DNA from: Chiloscyllium plagiosum
Taxonomy: Eukaryota
Direction: 5' to 3'
DNA length: 64,000 bases
Assembly (NCBI RefSeq): GCF_004010195.1
Contig: NC_057718.1
Location: 102,985,566 to 103,049,565, forward strand
The notes under the pieces were generated by a model that was not told where the DNA came from, ran no database searches, and worked only from the letters and a program-made list of their open reading frames with translations. The position numbers were made by a program, and so were the translations under genes. This document shows positions 1-12,280 of this stretch, in pieces. Positions within the stretch are counted from its first letter, which is position 1, and every line of letters starts with the position of its first letter.

Positions 1-1640
1 AAGGTAGGACTAATAAATTAAACTGCATTTATTTCAATGCAAGGGGCCGAACAGGGAAGGCAGACTCAGGGCATGGTTAGGAACATGGGATTGCGATATC
101 ATAGCAATTACAGAAATATGGCTCAGGGATGGACAGGACTGGCAGATAATGTTCCAGGATACAAATGCTACAGAAACAAAAGAAAGGGAGGCAAGAGAGG
201 AGGGGGAGTGGCGTTTTTGATAAGGGATAGCAGTACAGCTATGCTGAGGGAGGATATTCCTGGAAATACATCCAGGGAAGTTATTTGGGTGGAACTGAGA
301 ATAAGAAAGGGATGATCACTTTATTGGGACTGTATTATAGATCCCCTAATAGTCAGAGGGAAATTGCGAAACAAACTTGTAAGGAAATCTCAGCTATCTG
401 TAAGAGTAATAGGGTGGTTATGGTCGGGGATTTTAACTTTCCAAACATAGACTAGGATTGCCATAGTTTTAAGGGTTTAGATGGAGAGGAATTTGTTAAG
501 TGTGTACAAGAAAATTGTCTGATTCGGTATGTGGATGTACCTACTAGAGAAGGTGCAAAGCTTGACCTACTCTTGGGAAATAAGGCAGGGCAGGTGACTG
601 AGGTGTCAGTGGGGGAGCACTTTGGGGCCCGCAACCATAATTCTATAAAAAGATCGGTGCTGGGTCCTCTATTTTTTGTCATTTATATAAATGATTTGGA
701 TGTGAGCATAAAAGGTATAGTTAGTAAGTTTGCAGATGATACCAAAATTGGAGGTGTATTGGACAGCGAAGAAGGTTACCTCAGATTACAACAGGATCAT
801 GATCAGATGGGCCAATGGGCTGAGAAGTGGCAGATGGAGTTTAACTCAGATAAATGCGAGGTGCTGCATTTTGGGAAAGCAAATCTTAGCAGGACTTATA
901 CACTTAATGGTAAGGTCCTAGAGAGTGTTGATGAACAAAGAGACCTTGGATATCTCCTTGAAAGTGGAGTCGCAGGTATATAGGATAGTGAAGAAGGTGT
1001 TTGATATGCTTTCCTTTATTGGTCAGAGTGTTGAGTACAGGTGTTGGGAGGTCATGTTGCGGCTGTGCAGGACATTGGTTAGGCCACTGTTGGAATATTG
1101 TGTGCAATTCTGGTCTCCTTCCAACAGAAAAATGTTGCAAAACTTGAAAGGGTTCAGAAAAGATTTACAAGGATGTTGCCAGGCGTGGAGGATTTGAGCT
1201 AGGGGGAGAGGCTGAACAGGCTGGGGCTGTTTTCCCTGGAGTGTCGGAGGCTGAGGGGTGACCTTATAGAGGTTTACAAAATTATGAGGGGCATGGATAG
1301 AATAAACAGATAAAGTCTTTTCCCTGGGATGAGGGAGTCCAGAACTAGAGGGCATAGGTTTAGGGTGAGAGGGCAAAGATATAAAAGAGACCTAAAGGGG
1401 AACTTTTTCACGCAGAGAGTAGTACGTGTATGGTATGAGCTGCCAGAGGAAGTGGTGGAGGCTGGTACAATTGCAACTTTTAAAAGGCATCTGGATGGGT
1501 ATATGAATTGGAAGTGTTTGGAGGGATATGGACCGGGTGCTGGCAGGTGGGACTAGATTGGGTTGGGATATCTGGTCGGCATGGACGGGTTGGACTGAAG
1601 GGTCTGTTTTCATGCTGTACATCTCTATGACTGTATGACT
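1..1640 (+). mobile_element. CR1-clade LINE (HER1-like), 5' end outside window, internally deleted ORF2
   Basis: APE endonuclease motifs (KRGGGVAFLIRD, GDFNFP, LDLLLGN, NHN) fused near 645 to late RT ([34 protein letters not shown]); ends in short tandem tail tctatgactgtatgact. Multiple stops and frameshifts. Confidence 0.93.
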
Positions 1641-1702
1641 AATTCACGTCAGCTCCTTGGACAGCTCCTTCCAAAACCAGCTTCACTTCCATTAACGTCC
1701 AG

Positions 1703-1977
1703 CATGGACTCGATCTCCTGACCTCAGTGTGGACTCGATTTCCCGGTCTCAGTGTGGACCCGATCTCCCGGCCTCAGTGCGGACTCGATCTCCTGGTCTC
1801 AGTGTGGACCCGATCTCCCAGTCTCAGAGTGGACTCGATCTCCTGGTCTCAGTGTGGACCCAATCTCCCGGTCTCAGATTGGACTTGGTCTCCCGGTCTC
1901 AGAGTGGACTTGTTCTCCCGGTCTCAGTGCGGACTCGATCTCCCGGTCTCAGATTGGACTCGGACTCCCGGTCTCAA
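1703..1977. repeat. 25-bp minisatellite, about 11 copies (cagtgtggactcgatctcccggtct)
   Basis: Head-to-tail units read directly; they explain three overlapping repetitive ORFs. Confidence 0.92.
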
Positions 1978-2244
1978 GGTGCTACTCAGCGCGGTCTGGG
2001 TTGAAAGGGCCGTTATTCTGAACTTTTATTTCTCTATTTTTCTAATTTATTGCTGTACATTTTATTTCTTTATTTTTCTAATTACTTTCCCTAAGAACTT
2101 GTACTTAATCAATGTGTACCTAGGTACCTTGGTACCTAAGATGGTGCTATAACTGGTGACTTGTAAACTTTTCCCTGTACTCGTGTGAGTGCATGTAACA
2201 ATGCAACTAATTCTTATTCTAATCTAGAGGATAAAGACAACTGA

Positions 2245-2470
2245 ACATCACACCATGCAAGATCCCCTCCAAGCCACTCACCATCCTGACTTGAAACATA
2301 TCGCCGTTCCTTTAGTGTCACTGAATTAAACTCCTGGAATTCCCTCTCTAAGGGCATTGTGGGTCTACCCACAGCACATGGACTGCAGCAGTTCAAGAAG
2401 GCAGCTCACCTCCACCTTCTCATGGGGAACTAAATGCCGGCCCAGCCAGTGACACACACCTAACATACAT
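2245..2470 (+). mobile_element. 3' end of a second LINE family ('LINE-B', CR1/L2-group)
   Basis: ctcaccatcctgacttg...gcacatggactgcagcagttcaagaaggcagctcacc recurs at about 28505-28795, 39750-40075 and 50320-50460, and reversed at 5030-5190 and 43765-43870. Confidence 0.7.
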
Positions 2471-3854
2471 CCATTTTAAAAATATTCCAGTTTCGTTCCT
2501 AATCACTTGCTGTAGCTGCAGCCTAACGTTGTGATTCATGGACCAGGACACCTCGATCCCTATGTACCCCAGAGCTCTGCAGTCTCTGTACATGAAAATC
2601 ATTTGCTCCTTCTCTATTCTATAATGCAAACCAATGATACATTTTGCGGGTTAGATGCTATTATCTGTGGTGCACTATCATGAAAGCTGGAAATCAATAA
2701 AATTAGAGAAAATTAGTTCAGAAAGAAGCAATTAAAAACACACAGGCTGCACAAGTTATGAAAAGATACTGTACTGTGTGTAACATACTTCCATTTATTA
2801 AAGCTTTGCCTGCTCTCAGTGACTGATGTCGATCATTAATTGATAATACTCCACAGCATCGATTGATTTTCTGTTCTGACAATTATTTATCCTGCTCCTG
2901 CTTTATTGAATTATCACTAACAGCCATATCACGCATTAAAACTGAACCAAGGACAATTTGGGGAAGTTTCTGGACTGGGTTCTTTTATTGAGTACCTGAA
3001 TATAGGATGGACAATTGGTTTTTGATTATACTGTACATAGATATTTTTTTTTAAAAAAAACCTAACAACACTATTCCCTTGATGTTTAAATCTATTTTAT
3101 GGTAAACATTGAGGTAGACAAGAATACTAATAAATCCTTTGATCCAAATTAATGGGCTCACCTCATTGCGCATTGATCGCTTTGCAAGCTTGACGTTTCC
3201 TTTAAGTCCAATGTTTCTAATGCTCTGCCTGCTGTGAAGAATAATCATTTATAATTTCCTCAACATGTGCTGTTCCTCCCTTGTTCTGTTTTTCTATTCC
3301 TGCCTCCCAACACACTTGAACTCTCAACGACCTTATCTTCATTTGGAAATCCTGTCATAGCGCAATCCTTCCAACATTTGGATCTTCTCCAGCTCCACGT
3401 TCCATCTATTTTAATCCTATGCTCTTCCAGTCATTTGATTTCCCATCTCTGTGTTATCATCAATGCCCGAGAGTTCAGCCATCTTCACAATATCCCCTGG
3501 AACTCCCTCCACAACTCAGTGTGTCTGACTTCACGTTAGTTCTCATTTTCAGAAGTCTCGTCCTGATCTACCTCTCTAGCTATCATCATTCCTACTTCTA
3601 CTCTGACCTTCTCCGTTAAATGTGTTGTTTTTGATTTTTTTTTCCCAAAACTGAACTGAAGTGACAACATATTTGGACCATCCTCCCCCCAGAATGTTGT
3701 AAAAGGGTTTCAGGACCCTGGAGCAACCTTGCGATAATGTCACAGAGTTACGCATCCCCGAGTATGAATTGCACAGTGTGGGCAGAGTTAGACCAGATCA
3801 GATTACAACCTCCATCATAGCACATGACAAAGATACATTATTCTTTATCTAGTA

Positions 3855-4105
3855 TAGCCATTTCAGAGAGCAGTTAAGTGTCACATGTAGGCCAGACTAG
3901 GTGAGGATGGCAGATTTCCTTCCCTAAAGGACATTAATGAGCCAGATGTTTTTTTTTCTGACAATTAGAAACAGTTTCATGGTCATCAGTAGCCTCTTAT
4001 TTCCAGATTATTATTGAATGTAAATTCCATCATCTAACGTGGTTTCATTCAAACCCGAAACATTAGCTGAATCTCTGCATTAATAGTGACAATCCCATTA
4101 AGCCA
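3855..4105 (-). mobile_element. tRNA-derived SINE fragment ('SINE-B', shares tail with LINE-B)
   Basis: Reverse complement of the family seen at 38255-38530, 44240-44610 and 50515-51135 (gtctggcctacatgtgac core). Confidence 0.65.
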
Positions 4106-4229
4106 TGACTTTTCCCTATGTTTATGACTTTGAATATCAGAGGGATTATGGTTAGATTTTCCCTTGTTGGACATGGTCGCTTCCTGGCTTTTGTGTGGAT
4201 ATTACTTGCCACTTGTCAGCCCCAGCCTG

Positions 4230-4375
4230 ATGCGGAGATCCCAGTGTTGGACTGGGGTGGACAAAGTCAGAAGCCACATGACACCAGGTTATAGTCCAAC
4301 AAGTTTATTTGGAAGGATTAGCTTTCGGAGTGCTGCCCCTTCATTCGATAACTATAACCTGGTGACTTCTGACTT
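4230..4375 (-). mobile_element. Penelope-like terminal fragment (family B) with degenerate hammerhead and short inverted piece
   Basis: Minus strand atgaaggggcagcactccgaaagcta...ttggactataacctggtg matches 15544-15660; inserted in a LINE-B RT fragment. Confidence 0.7.
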
Positions 4376-4907
4376 AGCCCAAACCTGGATATTGTCCAGA
4401 TGTTGCTGCATTCTGTTCTTCAGTGCATGGAATCTTGAATAATCAAGCCATTGAACTTACGTTAGTGTCTCCCTTTGAAGATAACACGCTCTCACAGTGC
4501 AGCACACCCTCATCGCTGTGATGAAGTTTCAGCCTGAATTATCAGCTTGGGATAAATTTTTTTTTGAGAGGATGAGGCAGTGACAGGGATATACCTGTGC
4601 ACTCAGTCAGTAATGAGACATACACACGTTATTACACCTGTCACACTGGAAGAATGGCACCAGATACATCGAGATTTCTCAAGCATTACAGAAATGGCTG
4701 CTGGTAATAAAATTGTCAGCCTGTGAAACAGCAAAATAGAAATGTCTGTTTATCAAGTAGGAATTACAGTATGATGTAGAACTATATTAAAAGAGCCCAT
4801 TGATATTGGTACTGCAATGTGCAGGTATTGTGGCTTTTATTTATTCATGGGATGGAGTCATCACTGGTTAATCTGCCAATTATTTCCCACCGCTAATCAC
4901 CTTTGGG

Positions 4908-5025
4908 AATCATAGAATCCCTAAAGTGTGGAAGCAGGCCATTCAGCCCGTCGAGTCAACACCGACCCTCCAAAAAGCATCCCACCCAGACCCACCCCCT
5001 CTACCCTCATCCATCCCTGTAACCC
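4908..5025 (-). mobile_element. HE1-type SINE, 3' fragment
   Basis: Matches the 3' part of the full copy at 59677-59988. Confidence 0.75.
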
Positions 5026-5190
5026 TCCCTTGTCGGAGGTGAGCTGCCTTCTTGAATTGTTGCAGTCCATGTGCTGTAGGGAAGCAGTTCCTGGATCTTG
5101 ACCCAGAGACACTGAAGGAATGATGATATATTTCCAAGTCAGGGTGGAGAGTGGCTTAGAGAGGAACTTCCAGATGGCGGTGTTCCCTGT

Positions 5191-5322
5191 ATTCCTGATG
5201 AAGGGCTTTTGCCCGAAATGTCAATTTTACGGCTCCTCAGATGCTGCTTGAACTGCTGTGCTTTTCCAGCACCACTCTAATCTAGACTCTGGTTTCCAGC
5301 ATCTGCAAGTCATTGTTTTTAC
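5191..5322 (+). mobile_element. Penelope-like terminal fragment (family A) starting at a hammerhead core
   Basis: attc-CTGATGA-a-GGGC-tttt-GCCC-GAAA-t-GTC at 5191-5222, followed by the family tail (gatgctgc...ttttccagca...ccagcatctgca). Confidence 0.8.
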
Positions 5323-5467
5323 CATGTTTCTGCTGTCCTTGTCCTTCTGATTTTGATGTTGACAACTGGGTTGCCTTCAAAATGAAACACTTCTAGCATT
5401 TCCTGCATCATATTAATTATCTCTTTCGGAAATAACTAGCCTCCTCCTAACGTTAACATCTTCCCAA

Positions 5468-8400
5468 ATAAAAACCGAAAGAACTGCGGATGCTGTAAAT
5501 CAGAAAGAAAAACAGAAATAGCTCGTAAAGCTCAGCAGGTCTGGCAGCATCGGTGAAGAGAAATCAGAGTTAATGTTTCAGGTGATGTGACCTTTCCTCA
5601 GAACTGATAGTAACTAGGCAAGTATCATTTATTAAGCAGAAGACAGGGTGGGAAGGGGTAAGATGTTAACATAAAACATAGAACAGTACAGCACAGTACA
5701 GGCCCTTCGGCCCTCAATGTTGTGCCGAACTTTTATCCTACTCTAAGGATTGTCCATGTACTTGTCCAAGAGTCGCTTAAATGTCTCTAATGTATCTGAC
5801 TGTACTCCCACTGCTGGCAGTGCATTCCACGCACCCATCACCTCTGTGTAAAGAACTTACCTCTGACATCTCCCCTAAACCTTCCTCCAATCACCTTAAA
5901 ATTATGCCCCTTCATGATCGACATTTCCATGCTGAGAAAAAGCCTCTGGCTATCCACTATATCTCTGCCTTTCATCATCCTCTACACCTCTATCAAGTCA
6001 CCTCTACCTTTCTTCGCTCCAATGAGAAAAGCCTCAACTCCCTTAATGTTTTGTCACAAAGACATACCCTTCAGTCCAGGCAGCATCTTGGTAAGTCTCG
6101 TCTGCACCCTCTCTAAAGCTTCCACATCCTTCCTATAATGAGGTGACCAGAACTGAATACAATATTCCAAGTGTGGTCTAACCAGGGGTTTATAGAGCTG
6201 CAGCATAACCTCCCGGCTCTTAAACGCAATCCCCTTGCTAATGAAAGCCAACACACCAAACCCCTTTTTAACAACCCTATCAACCTGGGTGGCAACTTTG
6301 AGGGATCTGTGGACATGGACCCAAGATCCCTCTTCCTTCACATTGCCAAGAATCCTGCCTTTAACCCTATATTCTGCATTCAAATTCGACCTTCCAAAGT
6401 GAATGTCTTCACACTTTTCCAGGTTAAACTCCACCTGCCACTTCTCAGCCCAGCTCTGCATCCTGTCAATGCCCCTCTGCAACCTACTACAGCTCTCCAC
6501 ACTATCCATAACTCCACCGACCATTGTGTCATCAGCAAACTTACCAGTCCACCCTTCCACCTGATTCCTTTCTTGAACAAGTGAATAACATTTTCCACCC
6601 TTCAATCATCTGGCGTTACTCCAGTGGACAGTGAGGATGCAAAGATCATCACCAAAGGCACAGCAATCTCTTTCCTCTCTTCCTGTAATAACCTAGCATA
6701 TATCCTGTCTGGCTCAGGGGATTTACCTATTCTTACGATTTTCAAAATATTCAGCATATCCTCCTTCTTAACATCAACCTGTTCAAACATATCAGTCTGT
6801 TTCACACTATCCTCACAAACAACAAGGTCCCTCTCAGTAGTGAATACTGAAGCAAAGTATTTATTCACGACCTCCCCTACCTCCTCCAACTCCAGGCGCA
6901 ATTTCCCTCCACTATCTCCACTGATTGTCCCTACCCTCAGTCTGGCCATCCTCTTGTTTCTCACTTAGTGTAGAACGCCTTGGGGTTTTCCTTAAGCCTA
7001 ATTGTTAAAGCCTTTCTGAGCTCTCCTAAGTCCATTCTTCAGCTCCTTCCTGGCTATCTTGTAACCCGTTAGAACCTTATCTGATCCTTGCCTCCTCAAC
7101 CTTAAGTAAGCTTCCGTCTTCTTGACTAGATGTTCCACATCTCTTGTCACCCAAGGTTCTTTCACCCTACCATCCCTTCCTTGCCTCAGTGGGACAAACC
7201 TGTCCAGCATTATCAGCAAGTGCTCCCTAAACAATCTCTATATTTCTGTCGTGCATTTCCCTGAGAACATCTATTCCCAATTTAAGTGTCCCAGTTCCTG
7301 CTTAATAGCATTGTAATTCCCCCTTCCCCAATTAAATACTTTCCCATACCATCTGTTCCTATCCCCCTCCATGAGTGTAGTAAAGGAGTTGTGATCACTA
7401 TCACCAAAATGCTCTCCCACCAAGAGATCTGACACCTGGCCTGGTTCATTGTCAAGCACCAAATAAAATATAGCCCCCTCTCTAGTTGACCTATCTATAT
7501 TTTGAGTCAGGAACCCTTCCCGGACATGCCTGACAAAAACTGCTCCATCCAAACTATCTGAACTAAGGAGGTTCCAATCAATATTAGGGAAGTTAAAGTC
7601 ACCCATGACAACAACCCTGTTACTTCTGCACCTTTCCAAAATCTGCCTCCCAATCTGCTCCTCCGTGTCTCTGTTGCTATGGGGGGGCCGTAGAAAACTC
7701 CCAATAAAGTGCCTGCTCCTTTCCTTTTTCTGACATCCCCCCATTCTGACTGTGTAGACAAACCCTCCTCAGTGACCTTCCTTTCTACAGCTGTGATACT
7801 ATCCCTGATTAACAATGCCAATCCCTCACCTCTTTTACCGCCCCCTCATTCTTTTTGAAACATCTAAACTCTGGAACATCCAACAACCATTCCTGCCCCT
7901 GTGATATCCAAGTCTCTGTATTGGCCATGACATCATAGTTCCAAGTACTGATCCATACTCTGAATTCATCACTCTTATTCCTGATACATCTTGAATTAAA
8001 ATAGACCCACTTGAACTCATCACACTGCACCTTTGACCTATCAAATGACTATCCTTCCTCACAGACTCTCTGCACGCTGTACCTGGCTGTGCATTACCTA
8101 TTCCATCATCTGATCCATAGCTCAGGTTCCATAGCTCAGGTTTCCCCCCCCCTCCCGCCAATCTAGTTTAAACCCTCCCGAAGAGCTCTAGTAAAACCTC
8201 CCACCCAGGATATTGGTGCCCCTCCAGTTCAGATGCAACCTGTCCTTCTTGTACAGATCCCACCTTCCCCAGTGATCCACATATCTGAAGCCCTCCCTCC
8301 TACACCAACCCTGCAGCCACATGTTCATCAGCACACGTTCTCTGTTCCTAGCCTCACTAGCCTGTGGCACTGATAGCAATCCTGAGATTACTACTCTGAT

Positions 8401-8935
8401 CCTCCTGCCTTCTAGCTTCCAACTTAACTCCCGACATTCTCTTTTCAGGTCCTCATCCCTTTCCCTATCTATGTCATTGGTACCAATGTGTACCATAACT
8501 TTTGGGTGCTCTCCCACTTCCTTAGGAAGGTAGATATGGATAGAGGTCAAAGAGAGAGAAAACATTAGCACAGACAATGGACTGGATAACGATCTGGTTG
8601 GGAGGGTGAATAGCTGTTAATGTTAGTTGCTAATAATGGGTTGTGTGTAATAGCAGACTATGTGATAACAAGGCCTGGTAAAAGGGGCTTGGGGTAAGGA
8701 CATGGGAGAAGCTCAAGCCTTGAAGTTATTGAACTCGATATTGAGTCCTGAAAGCTGCGGGGTCCCCAAGTGGAATATTAGATGCTGTGCTTCTGGTTCG
8801 CCCTGAGCTTCGCTGAAGCACTGAAGCAAGCCTGAGGCAAGCCTGAGGCAGAGAGGTTGGCCTGGGAACAGGGTGGGCTGTTAGAGTGGCAGGCACCTGA
8901 AAGCTCAGGGTCTTTTTAGTGGATGGAACATATTC
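5468..8935 (-). mobile_element. Penelope-like element 3' part (family C: GIY-YIG C-terminus plus terminal repeat), split by a CR1 insertion
   Basis: 8722-8835 on minus translates SGLLQCFSEAQGEPEAQHLIFHLGTPQLSGLNIEFNNF, resembling the C-terminus of the PLE GIY-YIG domain. Segments 8530-8620 and 5468-5665 join into the uninterrupted copy at 31630-31940. Hammerhead-like core at 5567-5606. Confidence 0.75.
5668..8522 (-). mobile_element. CR1 LINE with ORF1 SGNH esterase remnant, endonuclease and partly deleted RT
   Basis: VMVHIGTNDI...DRLHLNWRG (esterase); ETW, GDFNFPNIDW, DSDHN (endonuclease); KFADD, LEYCIQFWSPHYRKD (RT). Middle of RT is missing near 6560-6600; (ttctatg)-type tail near 5670. 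Confidence 0.93.
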
Positions 8936-9859
8936 CTAGTATACAAAAAGAAAGGAAGGAGGGAAAAAGGTTACAGAATCATTGGGATCACCAAGAATTT
9001 CCATTGAACTGACAGCAATGACTTAGCTGGAGACCTACGTACTCTTTTATCATCGCGGTGTTTGGGAAAACCCGAGGAAGTAGAGGCTTTGGTGTCCTTC
9101 CTTGACTGTAGCTTTGATATGGACGCAACTGCAGATACTGGAAATACGAAAGAGTAGAGAAACAGAAAGCGCTGCCATCACGAAGCAGGCAACATCCACA
9201 GGTAAAGGAGACAATTTCTGACGTCACCTCCTTGTCAAACGGTCCACAGTCAGGAGCACCAAGTGCTCTGTGCCATCCACTGATGCTGTCTGACCTGATG
9301 GGTACCCCCAGTATTTTCCCACATAGAGCTGCAATGAGATTCCGAAACTGGACAGAGGGAATTAGAAGGGCAAGAAGAAAAGAAAACACATCATTCTATA
9401 CTTAAGGACAGAGGAATTAGAATCAGAGGTGGACCATTCAGCCTCTGGAGACCAACAGATAGTCTCTTTGGGTTTCAAACTCCACACTCCCATCTACCTC
9501 CAGTGACCTCGGAGTCACCTGCTGACCAAGAATCCATCCAGCTCCACCTTAGAAATATTCAATGACCTCACCTCCAGTACCTACAGAGGCACACAGTACT
9601 CTGACAAAAAAAAATCCACTCATTTCTATTTTAAACGAGTGAATGCAGTTCTTTTAAATAGTGTCCCCTAGTTCTGAACTCCCCCCTCCCGCAACAAAGA
9701 AGAAACATCCTTTCCACACTCACCCTGACAAGACCATTCCGGATGTTATACACTTACATCAAATCAAACCCCACACTTTGAAACACATCTGCTCTGGTCA
9801 AGCCACCACACCAAGTCATCCCCACAAGTCTTACTTTAACATCTAACTCCATTCTACTC

Positions 9860-10190
9860 CCACAGCATAGTGGCTCATTGGTTAGTGCTGCTGCCTCACA
9901 GCGGCAGGGACCTGGGTTTGATTCCAGCCTAAGGTGACTGTCTGTGTGGAGTTTGCACATTCTCCCCGTGTCTGCGTGGGTTTGCTCCGGTTTTGTCCTA
10001 CACTCCAAATATATGCAGGTCAGGGTGAATTGGCTTTGCTAAATTGTCCACAGTGTTGAGGGGTATGTAGGCTAGGTGCATTAGTCAGAAGTTAAATGTA
10101 GGGGAATGGGTCTGGTTGGGCTACTCTTCAGAGGGTCGGTGTGGACTTGTTGGGCCGAAGGGACTGTTTCCACACTGTAGGGATTCAATC
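9860..10190 (+). mobile_element. HE1-type V-SINE
   Basis: tRNA-like head with A and B boxes, V-domain tgtgtggagtttgcacattctccccgtgtctgcgtgggttt, CR1-like tail. Confidence 0.88.
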
Positions 10191-11184
10191 AAACTAACTG
10201 TTGAATCCTAAACAATCATAAAGGTAACAGAGGGACAGTGGCCAAGCTGCCTGTGATAGGCTAGTCTGGGTCCCAGTGACCGATGACCCAATGGGATGAA
10301 TAACATTTCACTGTAGTCAGTATGCTATCTTTTGCTCTACTATTTTTCCTTCAATGCATTTCAGAATGCAGTTTATCTGGAGGCACACTAGCGATATTCC
10401 TGAGACACCATGGATTGGCTCATGATGAAGAGGCAATTTGGTAAGTGGTAGACCACAACTAATACCAAAAGGTTGATTTATGACGATAATTAAGCATTCA
10501 ATCTGGAATTGCAACTGTACAGCACATTCAGCTGTCTCATCCACGACTCCTAGTCTCGCATCTTATCACGTTTTGAAATCAAAGACAATGAGAAGGACTG
10601 AGCTGGACCACATCTTTCTCATTGTTTTTGCTGCTTTTTGTACTACAGCTGGTGAAAGGGGACAGTAAGGGAACTGACGCACACCCATGTACCCTGTGCC
10701 CCAGGCTCAGAGGATGCATTAACCGTCTACCTGCCGACATTTCGAAGGCTGTTTCTGGTCAATAGGTCAAACCCAAGCAGGAACGCACCAACCACCCCAG
10801 GGATGTCCTGATGACTGAAGAGAGGTCTGAACAAAACTTCAACAAGCCCAAAATACTGTGGTCACTAGAAATCTGAAACAAGAACAGAAAATGCTAGAAA
10901 GAATCAATAGATCAGACAGTTTTCATGGGAAAGAAACATGGTGAGATGGGTGGTATTTAATATCAGCTGAGGTGAGGGATTTTAATTGAGCAGTATTGCC
11001 TTGGAGAGACAATGGGTGAGTGTGCTATTGCTAGAATGTTAATCCAGAGACCCTGGTAATGGTCTGAGAACCCAGGTTCAAATCCTGCCAGGGCAGATGG
11101 TGGAATTTTAATCCAATAAAAATCTGGAATTAAGAATTTAATTACAGCCGTTAAATCATTGTCAGGAAAACCTCATCTGGTTCA

Positions 11185-11780
11185 CTCAAGCTTCTTGAAT
11201 GTTGTTGGAGCTGCCCCCATCCAGGCAAATGAGGAATATTCCATCACACTCCTGACTAGTGCCTTGTAGATGGTGGAATGGCACGAGGGTTCAGTGGTAA
11301 GCACTGCTGCCTCACAGCGCCAGAGACCCAGGTTTGATTCCATCCTCAGACACCCATCTGTGTGGAGTTTGCACATTCTCCCCATGTCTGCATGGGTTTC
11401 CTCCGGGTGCTCTGGTTTCCTCCCACAGTCCAAAGATGTATAGGTTGAGTAGATTGGACATGGGATATTTAATGGAGTGGGTCTGGGTGGGATGCTCTTC
11501 AGAAAGGTTGATGTGGAATCAAAGGGCTGAATGGCCTGCTTCCACACTGTAGGGATTCTATGATGGTGCACACAGCTCCAACAGGGAGGAGGTAAATGAG
11601 TTATCATAGAATGCCAACCATTGTTCTTGGAGCCATTGCATTTATATGGTAAACCCAGTTCAGTTGCTGGTTAATTGCAACCCTAGGGTGTTGATAATAG
11701 GGGACTCAGTGATGGTGTTGCAATTGCATACCAAGCAGCCATGTTTAGATTCTCTCCTGTTGGAGATGGTCATTTCCTGA
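11185..11780 (-). mobile_element. LINE-B RT fragment interrupted by an HE1 SINE
   Basis: Minus strand TIYKALVRSVMEYSSFAWMGAAPTT; sequence resumes after 11570. Confidence 0.7.
11279..11561 (+). mobile_element. HE1-type V-SINE
   Basis: V-domain and tail; flanked by gatggtgga (11269-11277) and gatggtgca (11562-11570), a probable TSD. Confidence 0.87.
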
Positions 11781-11899
11781 GTCAACTTGAACCCTTTTCT
11801 CATGCATTATAAATCATTAACATAGCAAGAAATTCACCAGGGGATTGGGGTTAACTGACCATTTAACTGACTGGTAAATATAAAAGGTGAACAGGGGTC

Positions 11900-12018
11900 T
11901 CTTCTTGTGGTGCAGTGGTAATGTCCCTACACCTAGACTTGGAGGACTGGGTTCAAGTCCCACTTGTTCCAGAAGTGAGTCATAATATCTCTGGGCAGGT
12001 TATTTAAAAATGTCTATA
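11900..12018 (+). mobile_element. Short tRNA-derived SINE ('SINE-C')
   Basis: A box tggtgcagtgg, B box ggttcaagtcc; related copies at 30535-30650 (-), 32380-32485, 51775-51880 and 51895-52010. Confidence 0.65.
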
Positions 12019-12280
12019 AAAGTGGGTCTGCTGTGTGGAAGGGGCTGTCAGACTGAGTAGTCAAAAAAGTTTACTCATAAAGGAAGGTGTTTTGGTTTCT
12101 GTCTCCCTGACTGGTTTGCATTCCAGACTGACATACATTGTTACCCTGTTTGAGATTTGGCATTCTTGCACCAGTCTTGATGAATGCTAATCAGAAAATA
12201 ACACCTTTGACAATATGTCTCTTCTCTGCACAACCAAGCAACTATTCCTAATAACCATACAACTTTATCTTTTATGTTAT

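Noticed and set aside
1703..1977. CRISPR-like regular repeats and three overlapping ORFs
   Set aside because: Units abut with no unique spacers, there are no cas genes, and the context is eukaryotic; the ORFs are repeat artefacts.
8988..9389. 133-aa ORF and apparent splice acceptor near 9140
   Set aside because: The acceptor-like tract matches the Penelope-like tail (tttccag.atctgcag), and another frame reads HIKATVKEGHQSLYFL, like a Rex1-type RT fragment.
10620..10670. Possible micro-exon encoding collagen-like AGERG
   Set aside because: Only 16 nt between AG and GT, with no other collagen exons in the window.
11900..11970. tRNA gene
   Set aside because: A and B boxes are present but I find no complete cloverleaf, and diverged copies share a downstream extension, as expected for a SINE.
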